A DNA stretch of 63,431 nt, the filler included, from Rhabdomonas costata (taxonomy: Eukaryota): assembly GCA_019059605.1 (NCBI GenBank). It is 46 parts of 46 records of this genome, joined end to end, with 100 filler letters (N's around TTAATTAATTAA, not from the genome) between each part and the next. Parts side by side here need not be neighbours in the genome. Positions count along the whole stretch, not along the records: positions 49,726 to 51,006 come from JAHMHO010020813.1; positions 51,107 to 52,385 come from JAHMHO010020814.1; positions 52,486 to 53,767 come from JAHMHO010020815.1; positions 53,868 to 55,148 come from JAHMHO010020816.1; positions 55,249 to 56,528 come from JAHMHO010020817.1; positions 56,629 to 57,909 come from JAHMHO010020818.1; positions 58,010 to 59,290 come from JAHMHO010020819.1; positions 59,391 to 60,670 come from JAHMHO010020820.1; 38 more parts are not named here. One strand, 5' to 3'. A program made the translations under genes and the position numbers. Below the pieces are notes generated by a model. That model saw nothing but the letters and a program-made list of their open reading frames with translations. It was not told the DNA's origin and did not search any database. Shown piece by piece: positions 50,081 to 62,151 of the stretch (position 1 is its first letter; each line of letters opens with the position of its first letter).

Positions 50081-51006
50081 AGGCCGCTGCGGAGCTGCTC
50101 TCTGCGGGCAACGCCGACGCCGCGGTTGGGGTGTGTCAGGAGGCCCTGGAGGCGAACTCCTCCTCCGCCAGGATGCACTTCCTCCTGGTGCTCTCACTGC
50201 CCATCCATCTGTGGTTAGATTCCTTTTTCTGGTAACTGCTTCACCTAAGATTTCGGTCGCTCGGTACTGAGTTTCTTATCTTAGAATGCAGTGGTGAGGC
50301 AGACAGCTCAGTCGTTGCAGTCCATCTACGGCAGCGACAGAGGAAAGGAGGCAAAGGCTGACAGCACAGCAACGCAGTACTTATTCAGGCACAGCATCGT
50401 GCAAATCAACGGCAAAGACATCAACAACACGGTCTATAGCCAAAGGGAGGCAGTGGCAGCGACACAGACTTCCGCGCGCGATGACCTTTGACTGAAGGTA
50501 GGAAGTGGGTAGTAGAGAGAGTAGGGAGTAGGAGAGTGGGGGTGTCGGCGCCGCCGAAGCGGCTTTGATAGCGTGCACGCGCTCCAGCAAAAGAGAGAGG
50601 ACTCAACCTTCACCCCACAAAGCCAGGGCTGAGGGAGTGGGTACAGGATATTCACAAAGACAGCGACAAAAGAAGGGGTACTTCGTGTGTGCACCGTGTG
50701 TTGGAGGGCCACGAGGAACCCCCCAAGTAAGGCGCACACGGGGCACACCCCCAAAAAAACGCAATGGCTTTCCACAGAGCAATAGCACCACAAAGACAAG
50801 GGCTGAAAGACGTGAAGAGTAACGAGTGACTTGGAAGAGGGGACAGGAAGAAGGAAGAGCGCACCGGGTCACCCGGGCTGAGGGGGTGGGGTGTGTGCAC
50901 AAAGGCAGCAGAGGGTTTAGCAAGTGGTGCGTGGGCGCACCTTCCCTCCTCACCCTCCCTCCTTTCCCTTACTCGCAGGCCAACTTGCTGTCGAAGGCAC
51001 TGAGGG
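50081..51006 (+). CDS. TPR protein exons (50081-50187 and 50979 to contig end)
   Basis: AAELLSAGNADAAVGVCQEALEANSSSARMHFLL|ANLLSKALR fits the TPR consensus. Confidence 0.7.
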
Positions 51007-51469
51007 NNNNNNNNNNNNNNNNNNNNNNNNNNNNNNNNNNNNNNNNNNNNTTAATTAATTAANNNNNNNNNNNNNNNNNNNNNNNNNNNNNNNNNNNNNN
51101 NNNNNNGGTTTGTGTGATCTGAGTGCGCACCTCAGAGTGCGAGGTTTGGCCCCTGGATACCCGTTTCCTTGCAAAACAGGGGTGGGCTTCTGATCGCACA
51201 GCGAGGTTCACCCAGCGCAACGCGGAACAAAGAATGCCATCGCGCTTTCCAAGTGTCCAAGTGTAGACATGTAACTTGACCTGCGGAACAAATGGATCGA
51301 ACCAAAAGAGGAAGCACGAGGTCGACTGGCTCAGTGAAAAAAGGGAGTGAAAAAGGGCAGAATGAGGGGATGTGCAAGAAGGAGTGAAAAGGAAGAAAAG
51401 GACAGCACATGAAGGCTGGAGAGAGAGAGAACGTGAGAGGAGGAACTCCATAAAAAAAGCTGGAAAGAC

Positions 51470-51639
51470 CTCCGCGCATGTACGCCTTCACTCCGCGGAT
51501 GTGGTAGGCCCACTGTTTGGGCGGCACCCCGGCGTCCAGCATTCGGTCGAAGAACTGGAAGTGGGAGAACAGCACGTGCACCCCAATGTCCCACACAAAG
51601 CCGGCCTGGTCGGTGAAGGATTGCGCCAGCCCACCATGT
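51470..51639 (-). CDS. UDP-galactopyranose mutase (GLF)-like flavoprotein exon
   Basis: GGLAQSFTDQAGFVWDIGVHVLFSHFQFFDRMLD...QWAYHIR resembles eukaryotic UGM GGLxxSxxDxxGFxWDxGGHVIFSHYxYFD. Confidence 0.78.
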
Positions 51640-52496
51640 CTGCAGACACAGAGAGAGCGGGTAGAACATAAACACCATTTCTAAAGAAGGAAAAGAAACA
51701 CATTTGCACTGAAGTCCAAGAAGGTCACTGGAAACAATGAATGCGAAATCCCAGTGTGATCTTTCAACGGCGGACCAATGGGCGGAACTACGTTCAGGAA
51801 CTGTGGCAGGTTGTTGGTGTGGCGGAGTGGCCTAAACCGGCCAGCAATCAAAGGTTATGTCTTAAAATGAAACGAAGACGAACTAACTACTGGGAAATGG
51901 AAAAAGAGCACGAGAACGGCGGGAAGCACGAGAGAAATATGTGAAGGAAAGCAGGTAGGTCCTTGGACTCGGGAATTTTACAGGGCTGCAGGAGTGGCGT
52001 GTAGTGGCATTTGATGGAAAGTTGCACCTACGGTTCCAATCAGCTCCAGCCTATTGCGAACAAATGCACTGCGGGATGCAAGGGCATTGGAATTCCAAGA
52101 ACGCTAACCCACTCGATGAAGAAGGGTACACAGACACCATTCTGTTGGGTGATCTTCGGCTGCGACTGCGGTCTTATTGCCTAGGGCGAGACGTCACGAC
52201 GATTTTCAGCACTGAGCTTCCCCTAGGCCTCGGACCAGCTCTTAGAACGCTCTGAACTGCGTCCGTGATGGAGCATCTAGGCTTCGACATGACCTTGAGT
52301 TGGGAGCACCCAAATCTACGGGCTACCCATATATGTGCAATGAGCTGTTATGTCATGTGCCCGCGCGCAAGCACACAAAAACAAANNNNNNNNNNNNNNN
52401 NNNNNNNNNNNNNNNNNNNNNNNNNNNNNTTAATTAATTAANNNNNNNNNNNNNNNNNNNNNNNNNNNNNNNNNNNNNNNNNNNNTGTGTGGTGGT

Positions 52497-53050
52497 CACC
52501 AGCCCCTCTCCACGGACCGCTGACCACCACTGCGCAATACCAGGAGGAGGGCATGGGAAGACTTTGGGTGGCTTCTATCTGTCCTTTCCGCACAGCTGCG
52601 GAGAGAGAACGTACGTTTTGGGTTTTCAATGCCGTGGCATTTGGCTTCCATCCGGGCCAATACGATGTGGGCCCCTTCGCTCCATTTGTTCTGTACGTGC
52701 GTCTTTTCTGTGCATGGTTTTGGGGTGCCTTGCAGGCCACATGAGTTTTCGGGCTGGCCGTGGTGTGGGTGTGTCAATGGAAGTGGCTGTTAAATTATGC
52801 ATGTTTGCTTGTGATGTGGTTGTGCCTGGAATGTCCGTGCGCATGAGTGACTGGGTACCGTACCAGCCTGAGTGCTTAGATCACCTTTTTTTGAGGAAAG
52901 GGTTCTGTACCGTACAAACCGTGCACTTGTCCAGTTTCCAACGCCTCTGGAGCCACACCGAGTCCATCGCCGCTCCCCCCTCCGTGCGCTCCCCGCACAA
53001 CCACCAGCCCCTCTCCACGGACCGCTGACCACCACTGCGCAATACCAGGA
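52497..53050 (+). repeat. 49-nt perfect direct repeat (52497-52545 and 53002-53050) spanning a probable stop codon
   Basis: caccagcccctctccacggaccgctgaccaccactgcgcaataccagga occurs twice, 505 nt apart. Confidence 0.95.
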
Positions 53051-54652
53051 AGAGAGCATATTGCTGGAATTTCACGGCCCAGATCACGTAGGTGTGACAA
53101 TAGAGAGAGAAGTCATGTAGGTGTGGCTAGAGAAGTATGGAGCAGTCCAGAAGAGAAAAAGAGTAGCAGTGTCATGAGAGAGAAGGGAAGCGAAGGATGC
53201 AAGCAAGGAAGAGTGCAGCGAGGGAAGGCGTGTTTTTCAGAACGGATGAGACCAAGAGAAGACAGCGGATGAGATCAAGAGGTGGGGGCATCAAAGCATT
53301 CCATCGAGCGAGGTTGGAGAGGAGAGTTTTGTCTGAGTTTGTTTTCAGCAGGATTCGAAGGAGAACGACGGCAAGCCAGCGAGACGAAGAAGCCCATCAA
53401 GAACAAGGCCGCCGACCGTCAAGGAGATCAAGCAGAGAGAGAGGAGCGAGGAAGGAAAACCCGACCGACGAAAAAGGAGTGAGCGAGGATCCCTTTTTCG
53501 AGCGAGGTGCCCTTTTTCTTGTATTGCAGAAGTGCAGGTGGTGTGGTGTGTTTCTGCGCGGGTTTTTGGGGACAATTTGTGGACGTTTGGGTTGGGGATT
53601 GTGGTTGTGCCGCCGCTCCCTTTTGAAAGCCAAAGAGGAAGGAGGTTAGAGGACATTTTGGAGGTAGAGTAGCATTGGAATTGCTACTGGCCCGTAGGCG
53701 GCCCATTTCACCCCAAGTCCCCCCTCCGAGTTTGGCGAAGCGAGGCGGTGAGGCAGAAGACCCCCCCNNNNNNNNNNNNNNNNNNNNNNNNNNNNNNNNN
53801 NNNNNNNNNNNTTAATTAATTAANNNNNNNNNNNNNNNNNNNNNNNNNNNNNNNNNNNNNNNNNNNNGTACGGCGCCACAAGGGAGGCATCCTATAAGCG
53901 GAAAACCACGGCCACCTCTTGAATATCACCCGCGCAAAAGTGCCCCAGACGAAGAGGCGGTCACTCCGACGAAACCAGAGCACTGTTCAATCACCACCAA
54001 CCACGATCTAAGGCAGACTTAGGGAGACTCACGCAATGTGGTTGATGTAGCGTTCCCACTGGGTCCGAAATTCGAAATTTTTCTCGCGCCTGCAAGACAA
54101 AAAAATACCTTTTGATACAAGTGAGAACGACAATGGCAGGGGAAATCGCGGGACCATATAATCATCCTGAACGATGACGATGGCGATTATATATGGTCTG
54201 AGGAGACCAGGTTTTAATTGGCCAGCACATACGTTCCTCTGAGCTTCGGGTGTATCTATTATTAGTACTAGCAATAAAGGGGCGGTGCCTGTGAGGGCTC
54301 TACCATGCCTAGCAGGTTGTGCTGGGATGTGACCCTTAGACCCTTAGGCTGAGAGGGTAGAGGCGGCACAAGAGAGTGGGAGAGATATAAAGAGCTGACT
54401 GAAGGGCAACAGACAGGGTACAAGAAAGGCCTCGCAGGCTTTTGCCTCATTTGTACAGTAGAAAAAGGCCAAGGCGGCTTCAGCCTCCATGGCAGGGAAT
54501 TTTTATACCAGCATAGCGGTTGTAAAATATGGTGGGAAAGTAGTCACACCACCACCCAGACTATGGCTTTAGAGTGTTCTTGCACTTGTCCATAAGACAT
54601 CGCTTTTCCGTGAGACCCCCTTTAACGCACATCCCCTGAATAAACGCATGAC

Positions 54653-55148
54653 CTGCAGGCACAGCCGTGCCAATTCCTCCATATCACTGGGTAGGCCGGA
54701 GGGAAGAACGGGGCGACTCGCCAGTATGTGTTCCTTCAGTTGCTGCTCCAAGTCCTGCTCGAACCCCGGCTCCAGAGGGCCCTGGATGAAGTACTCCGGT
54801 GGCCACGGCGGCCTCCCAGATTGCTGAGAAAGCAGAGTGCACGCCTTCCCCCTGCCTCTCCACTGTTTCTCTTCGCCACATCCTTCGCTGTTTTCTCGCC
54901 TTCTCATCCCATTCTCAGAGTTCGGGTCAGGGGCTGGGACTGCGAAAAATCAATGCAAATTGGCAGGTCACAATGTCCCGACAAATTCAGCAGCGGTGCA
55001 GGTACCCGACACTGGTTGCGAGCAACGAGTGACCACAAGGAGAAAGAGGATTACACACGGGAAACCCTACCCACCGCCACCCCACCCATCGTTGCTCGGC
55101 TACGCACACCATCTCTACAACGGTGCAGCCCAGGCTCCAGATGTCCGC
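54653..55148 (-). CDS. MAP3K/STE-type kinase, subdomains IX-XI; exons 55110-55148 and 54653-54823
   Basis: ADIWSLGCTVVEM|QSGRPPW...RPVLPSGLPSDMEELARLCLQ. Confidence 0.88.
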
Positions 55149-56628
55149 NNNNNNNNNNNNNNNNNNNNNNNNNNNNNNNNNNNNNNNNNNNNTTAATTAA
55201 TTAANNNNNNNNNNNNNNNNNNNNNNNNNNNNNNNNNNNNNNNNNNNNGATGATGTTGGCAGTTTGCGGTGAGGGCAAAAACAAAGGGGGGGGGGGGGGG
55301 GAAACGATTTCTCTTCGCCCTCGGACACCCAACGCACAGTACCTCGCCGTTGTGCCTGGGAGAGGTGATGGCATGACCCTTTTCGACGTGGGGAGGAGGG
55401 CGGGAAGCGGGGATGTATATTGCTGCCTTCATTTCCGCTTCACTTGTTGGCGGACGCGGACAGCAATGATGGGGTGGAAAGCCCGCGCCGCGTTGTTAAG
55501 GGCTGTCCACTTTGTTTCGCATATGGAAGCGCAAAAGAAGAGAGGCTGTTGTCCGCACGACTGTCAGCATCGATTGCAAGCCGCGGAGTGGGAGAAAGTT
55601 GGGAATGGTTCAGGGCTTTTTGCTGCAGATCCAGCCCGCAGGGGCGAGTTCTGGTGCAGGTCAATGCCCAGCTGTGTCGCGGATCAGACAATGTGCAACC
55701 TTTTCTGTGGGAAGGCCATCGGCATGGCTTGCATCGGTTGCCCAGGTGTGCGCCCCCTGTCTGTGCTCGCGGCTTGGGTGCCCACGGAGTGTCCCAGGAA
55801 GGTGCGGGTGTGCGTGCCCTTTGGGTGGAGGGCTGGTTGGGACGTATGGGACAGTGCCGTCTGCGCCCAACGCACACCCACCCACACACACACACACACA
55901 CTCTCTCTCTTTGCCATTTTGCAGTTGTCGGTTGTGCTTTTGCTTTGAGACTTTGGACTCTGGATTGCGTCTCATATGGTTGAGGGTTTGGGGATTGTGG
56001 CTGCAGTGTGGGGTGTCTTTTGCAGGGAACCCCTCGCAGTGGACCTGCCCGTTCCCTGAGAAGACAGCTGAGCTCTTGTTGTAGCCGTGAGAGGAGGTTA
56101 CTCTCCTCGCGCCTTTGCTTTTCCCGGAGCGCAATGTTAGAGTAGGTTATGGGGCTGTGCTCTTGACCTGCGGGTGCTGTTGGTCTTGAATTGGGGGGGG
56201 GGGTCGGCTTGCCTGAAACGTACTTGTCCCTGCTTGTCCTCGTCACGTGTTCCAAAGTTAGGTTTCCGTCAGCTACCCTCCCTTGAACCAATTAAAAGTG
56301 GGTTGTAGGTGGGACATCTGGGCACTGGGGCGCGCTGGCACATTTTGCCATCTTCACCACCCATCGCAGAACAGAATGAAAGCTTTGACGAGCCACTCTT
56401 TGTTGCCCACGTCCCTTTTCAGGGACGGCGACATAATGTCGGCGGGGGGAGGGGCCCCGGCCGACAACAAAAAGCTCCGGTTACCCAGCCGACCTGTCAA
56501 AATCAAAACGGCCCAAAATCCAATAAAGNNNNNNNNNNNNNNNNNNNNNNNNNNNNNNNNNNNNNNNNNNNNTTAATTAATTAANNNNNNNNNNNNNNNN
56601 NNNNNNNNNNNNNNNNNNNNNNNNNNNN

Positions 56629-57115
56629 GAAGTGTGAAGCGCCAGGTGATCGAGCAAGCGAGGTTGTAAAGGGGAAGGCGGTTTAGTCCCCTTCCGAGTG
56701 TTTTGTGTCGAAGCGAAGGCGGTCAAGTCCCCTTCGAGGTGAGGCAAGGTACGAGAAGCGAAGCGGGCAAGTCGGTCGGGGAGTTGCGGAGCGAAGGTGG
56801 TTAAGTCCCTTCAGAGGAGTTTGAGAAACGACCGAGAGGGTGTGACGGAGTAGCAGGTTGCGACCGAGAGTCGTCGACCAAGAGTCGACAGGCTTGGGCA
56901 GCTGCGAGGAGTGGTTGCGGCCAGGCTCTACCCGGCCCTCGGCGAAAGCGAGGCCAACCCGGGGGAAAGAAAGTCTCCTCACCTAGGTGAGTTGACAGCG
57001 CTCACAAAGCGAAAGCTTTGTCGGGAGGGACCACGGAGGGGAGCGGATCGAGTGGGCTACGCGGGGAAGTCGCAAGAGCCACGTAATTGGTCCGAGCCCG
57101 CAGTGCCGTCTGACA
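56629..57115 (+). other. Highly structured purine-rich segment (ncRNA or LTR end)
   Basis: Three GAAGG...CCTTC repeats and several GNRA-capped hairpins; ends in TGACA at a compositional boundary. Confidence 0.5.
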
Positions 57116-58027
57116 GAATAGAACTTGGTTGTTTGACAAAATCTTGGTTCAAGGAGCCCATTTCCCAGTCCGCGGCAGTGCATTGTTTTGGCGTTTCTGG
57201 GGAGGAACGCTTAATTTTAATGGCCTGTGTTATCATCCGACGTTTTAGGAAGGCAGGAAAGGCAACCCCTCAAATAGTGGTGGCCACGGCCAAATTTAAC
57301 AGAGACAGCCAGTCCAAGTTTTAGCCTTAACTTGTTCAAAGGAGGGTGTGAGAGGCAAAGACGCAACAAAACAAACACACAAACGAAAAGAGGGGACGCA
57401 CGGCAGGCATTCTCAGCCCGAACGCCCAAACAAAAAAACCAGACCAGGAAAATCAGAGCACACAACTATGGAAAAAGGCAAAGAGCAGGCAAACAAATCC
57501 ATATGCAAGCAAACCCGTACACAAAAACCAAGCTTGAAAAAAAAGTGACGCAAAAAATGCTGAACCGCAATATGAATAGAACCGGCTTCCGCGCAACCCT
57601 TGCCTCCTTGCTCCGGTCGCCGGTGGCTTTCAGCCGCAATGCTACCAGCTTCGCCGCCACAATTTCTAAAGTTGGGGCAAAATTCGACGATTTTTTATAT
57701 TTGGATGCTTTGCCGCCGCGGGTCCTGATCCAGGCAAAATCACCGTTGCATCCGCTTCACAACGCTAGTGTATCCACAACTGGAAGGAATGACCGAAAAT
57801 TAACCAACGCCGTTATGTAAGGTTAACTTCTCCTCAACCCTTCCGTCCATACCAACACCCGAAGGGGAACAGCAAGCAGCGTTATCAGAACTTCTCAGCA
57901 ACCACACCCNNNNNNNNNNNNNNNNNNNNNNNNNNNNNNNNNNNNNNNNNNNNTTAATTAATTAANNNNNNNNNNNNNNNNNNNNNNNNNNNNNNNNNNN
58001 NNNNNNNNNGGGGGGTGTTTGATTCAG

Positions 58028-59165
58028 AACTACGGCTTTTACTCCGAGTGCAGCCGCAAGTACAGCGGCATGACCCTCCCCCTCCTCCATTACCATGCTT
58101 TACCATGCTGGAACTCCCAACTCCTTGTTGTCGTTGACTTTTCTAAGGTTGTCTGCATTTTGCAAATGAAAAACCCATTTGCTGACCAACTTTGACACAC
58201 TGAAGAGAATAAAATGGGAATTACGATACAAAGAGGGGAAGATGTGGCGGAGGCGGGTTAGGGGCGTGGTCTGGCGGTCAAAGTTACAGCTTAAGGTTGG
58301 GACTTGTTGAACTTCGAATTCCGAAGCTCCAGTTGTCCTATTGAAAGGGTTTTCTTGGTTGCTCTGTTGTTGCCACAGGCAGTACAGTGGTGTGGCAGCA
58401 GATCACAGAGGTGTTCGACTATCTCTCTGTCAGCGCGACGATCGGGGGCACCCTGTTCTGTGTGCACGGCGGTGTGCCACAACCGCCGCTGCTTCCCTTT
58501 TTCTCTTCTTTGCCTCATGAGAGAGAATGCACAGCAATCCATCGTTATATTGCCGTTTGAACAATGTGTGAGAGCAGTGTGTGTGCCAACTTACTTGAGT
58601 AATGGTTTGAGTAGTCATAGCAGGCCGTCGTCTCCTCTACCAGCGGCACTTTTTTTGTCCCAATTTCAATTTCATCTGCGTTGACCTTCACCAGGCCTCT
58701 CCCCAAGCATCCATGCCCTGGACCAACTTCGGGTTCTGAATCGCTTCGGGGAGTTCACTCATGACAGCCCCTTGTCGGACTTGTTGTGGTCAGACCCGGA
58801 CCCTACCTTGACGGGCTGGCACATCTCCCCGCGGTGCTTTTCGCCACTTTCCCTCCTGCCTCATTTTTCTGTACCTTGGGTGGGGTTGATCCGTTGCGCT
58901 CACTCGCAATTTCTGGAACAAACGATAAGCACCTTAAAGGTCATTAAAGCCCCTTATGCCGCTCCGGCCGGTAAAGTGATGCTCGTCCTCCCTCTGCTCT
59001 GCCCCGCTGCTGATAGCTGTCCACCAGTCACGTTCTTGGCTTATCTTCCATCAATGCAGAGGTGCGGGTTACACCTTTGGGGAGGACATCGTCACTGCCT
59101 TCTTGCACTGCAATGGACTGGACCACATCTACCGCGCCCACCAGCTGTGTATGGAGGGCTACCAG
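58028..59165 (+). CDS. PP2A-family (Ppg1/PP4-like) Ser/Thr phosphatase; exons 58028-58067, 58379-58471, 58695-58833, 59060-59165
   Basis: [59 protein letters not shown]. Confidence 0.95.
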
Positions 59166-60431
59166 GTGCCACCAGTATCCGACTCGATACCACCACCTTC
59201 ACCCCTTCCTCATTTCTCGATGACACAACATGGAGCGAGGCGCTGCAAAAATCAATAACTCCCAAAGACTTTCCGCCGGAACCACCCACANNNNNNNNNN
59301 NNNNNNNNNNNNNNNNNNNNNNNNNNNNNNNNNNTTAATTAATTAANNNNNNNNNNNNNNNNNNNNNNNNNNNNNNNNNNNNNNNNNNNNTGTGTGTTTG
59401 TACCTACCTATTGCCTTCACCACCACTACGCTCAGGGTAGCATGGTATGGTTGATGGATTGAGTAGTAGGAGTGATGCCGGTTCTGACTCGGTGCTGCCA
59501 ACTGGTGGAATAGCCCCAGGCGATGGCGTAGGTGGAGGTAGCGCTCCATCTTCCATTATGCTGTGGCTACGCCAGGTCGGAGTGAGTGAAGGCACCTTAG
59601 TGCGGAGGAACGAACGAAGATACACGCGGGTAGAAGTGTGTTGATGAGTGACCGTAAGCACCTTAGGGTGGTGGAGGGAACTATGTATGAGTGGTGGTGG
59701 AGCGTGCCCCGCATCACTCTCGTCGGGCAGCGGCCATAAAAGCACTCAAGAGGAGGGAAATGAAGGGGTGGAGGTGGGGAGGGACAGGGAAACCAACACA
59801 AACGAAAAACACAAACACAGAGACAACGAAAAGCCCGATTCCCCCAGCCCAGGGAAGGGAAAAAAGTGCGGATTCGAAAAAATGATTCCACTCAGTAATG
59901 GGCAATTGACTATGGGAAATAAAGATGAGAACAAAAGACAAGCTACCGAGCAGAAAACGGAGAAACAGGTGGTGACACATTTACCAATCAGGGCGCAGTG
60001 CAAAGAATTCCGAGAAGAGCCCGCATGCTGTTGATTTCCCAGTTGTTTACAATCTTACTTAATTTTATTGTCGTTCACAGCGACCAAGAGAACGGTTTCA
60101 TTTCAAGTCCGGCAAACCTACTGCAACACCGACAACACTCCACCAACAATGCAGTCTGATATGCCCCTCCCCCTTTGGTGCTTTTCAGCACTGCTGGCGC
60201 AGAGTTCGGTTCTCGTTTTTTGTGTCCGGCGCCAGATCGTTTCCCCCCTCGAGTCCCTCAAGTGCAGATATCCGCTGTGGGAAAGGGAGCCTTGACTCCC
60301 TCCCTCTCCAGTCCGTCTCATTCGACGCCTGTTTTGCGGTGATACCCGAATAACCACCAAGCAATCGGCTCTCCACTGGGGACCCTGCCGGAAAAGGGGA
60401 AGGTTGCACCATGCATTGCGCTGTAAGACAC

Positions 60432-60495
60432 CCTCAGCGCAACTCCCGGCATGAAGGCACAGCAGCAGTAGGAGCAGCAGCAGCAGCAGCAGCAT
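60432..60495 (-). CDS. Signal-peptide first exon of a secreted protein (poly-Leu from CTG repeat)
   Basis: MLLLLLLLLLLLCLHAGSCAE then a GT donor. Confidence 0.55.
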
Positions 60496-61029
60496 CGCTT
60501 GATGTAAAACTCCCCTCCTCCTCCTCCTCCGATTGGGAAGCCGAATTTTCCCATTTAGGTTCCAGCGGAGCGCAACACATCTCATATGTGGTCCGCAACC
60601 TAATCCTAATCCTGCAAAACTTCTGTTGGAATATACGGGATGCCTTTAAATATAGGCACTGAGAGAGACANNNNNNNNNNNNNNNNNNNNNNNNNNNNNN
60701 NNNNNNNNNNNNNNTTAATTAATTAANNNNNNNNNNNNNNNNNNNNNNNNNNNNNNNNNNNNNNNNNNNNGGGTTGGGTGGGGGAAGACTGTGACCCTTT
60801 GACGTTGGACTGGTCTTTCGAACCGATGCACTGTCTATCGTTAGCTGCAAATATGGTAGTTTGGTGGTGTTTTTAGACTCATTAGGGAGCCTCAATGCTT
60901 TCGACATGGATTTCACGGACATCGTTACATTTTTTCACAGTAAGAAAACACATGGGGTGGCTTTTTGTATAATTGGTCTCAACGGAAATGTTTGTGGTGT
61001 GCATGTGTGTAGTTTTTCTGGCCCCACAG

Positions 61030-61984
61030 GCGGCACATCAGCAGCTGCTTCGGCGAAACCGCTTCCAGCTGCTTGCGGTAATGCTTTTCGGCAGCCAGTT
61101 CCGGCTGCTGGGCATCGCTCTGACCTCAGTGGTGGCCTTTCTCACCGAGCGGATCGAGTCGGGCGTGGCAGACACCTACACATTGGTACACATTGTTTCT
61201 CGCCTGGTTGGCTTTATTTTTATTGATTTTTCACCCCAAAGGTTATGTCCCTTTAACTTAGCGCTGAGCATGGAGTGGCATTTCCTGATGCTTGCTTTTG
61301 AACCACAACAAAACAACACATTTCCGCACATTTCCATTTTTGGATCGCGGCTTTCCCATCTTCTCCCTCAGTGGATGGACTGCTTCGTGCACTATGACTC
61401 CCACAACACGATCATGAAGTGGGCATGCATTAACCTTGTGCTGTGCCTGGTCAGCTCGCTGGTCACGTACAGCTCGGAGAAGATTTCCGCATTGATGCTC
61501 AGCCGGTCTGAAAGCCGCCTGTCTTTTCCCTCAGCCCTTTGTGAAGATATAAAGCGTTCATACCGCAAACGGTCGCAATGGGACTGCAGCGTGACCAAGA
61601 ACGATTCGGGTGATGCAACCGTGTTGCAGCTGAAGTCTCTGTCAGGTAGCATTGTAATGTAACATATGTAACATTGTTACAGAATATAGATCGTTGATTT
61701 CTGGGCAGCCTGAAAACTGTGTGCGGTTCCCCGTGGTTCTGCTTCCATTGCCCGGAAGCAATGTAAGTTGGCGCGAGCTTACTCCTCGGACGTTATATGT
61801 CAGAGGCGGGCTGAGACACCTTCCCAGCATATTCGTTTTGCGGGATGTTGACTTCTGCGCTTTCCGTTCGCAGCAACACCATCCTTCCTTTTTTAACAGG
61901 ATCAAAAAGGATACGGACACGAAGCTCTACAAAGCGCTCGCCTCTATGGACATGGAGTTTTTTGACACCTACACGGACGAGGAG
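61030..61984 (+). CDS. ABC transporter (ABCB-like) transmembrane domain; exons 61030-61185, 61372-61505, 61900-61984
   Basis: TM helices followed by RIKKDTDTKLYKALASMDMEFFD (ABCB intracellular-loop FFD motif); phases compatible. Confidence 0.7.
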
Positions 61985-62151
61985 GTACCCGCCCATTTTG
62001 TCTAGACCCGTATACAGTACACAACCACAAGGAAACCATGCCCACCCCAACNNNNNNNNNNNNNNNNNNNNNNNNNNNNNNNNNNNNNNNNNNNNTTAAT
62101 TAATTAANNNNNNNNNNNNNNNNNNNNNNNNNNNNNNNNNNNNNNNNNNNN

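Noticed and set aside
55250-56291. Long overlapping ORFs (232 aa and 283 aa) as real genes
   Set aside because: They read through intron-like sequence and a (CA)n tract; only short internal exons of unknown function are plausible.
1283-62151. Regularly spaced TTAATTAATTAA palindrome as a CRISPR-like or biological repeat; gene clusters across spacers
   Set aside because: Each copy sits inside N runs at fixed geometry; it is an assembly spacer, so adjacency (e.g. the two ART genes) means nothing.
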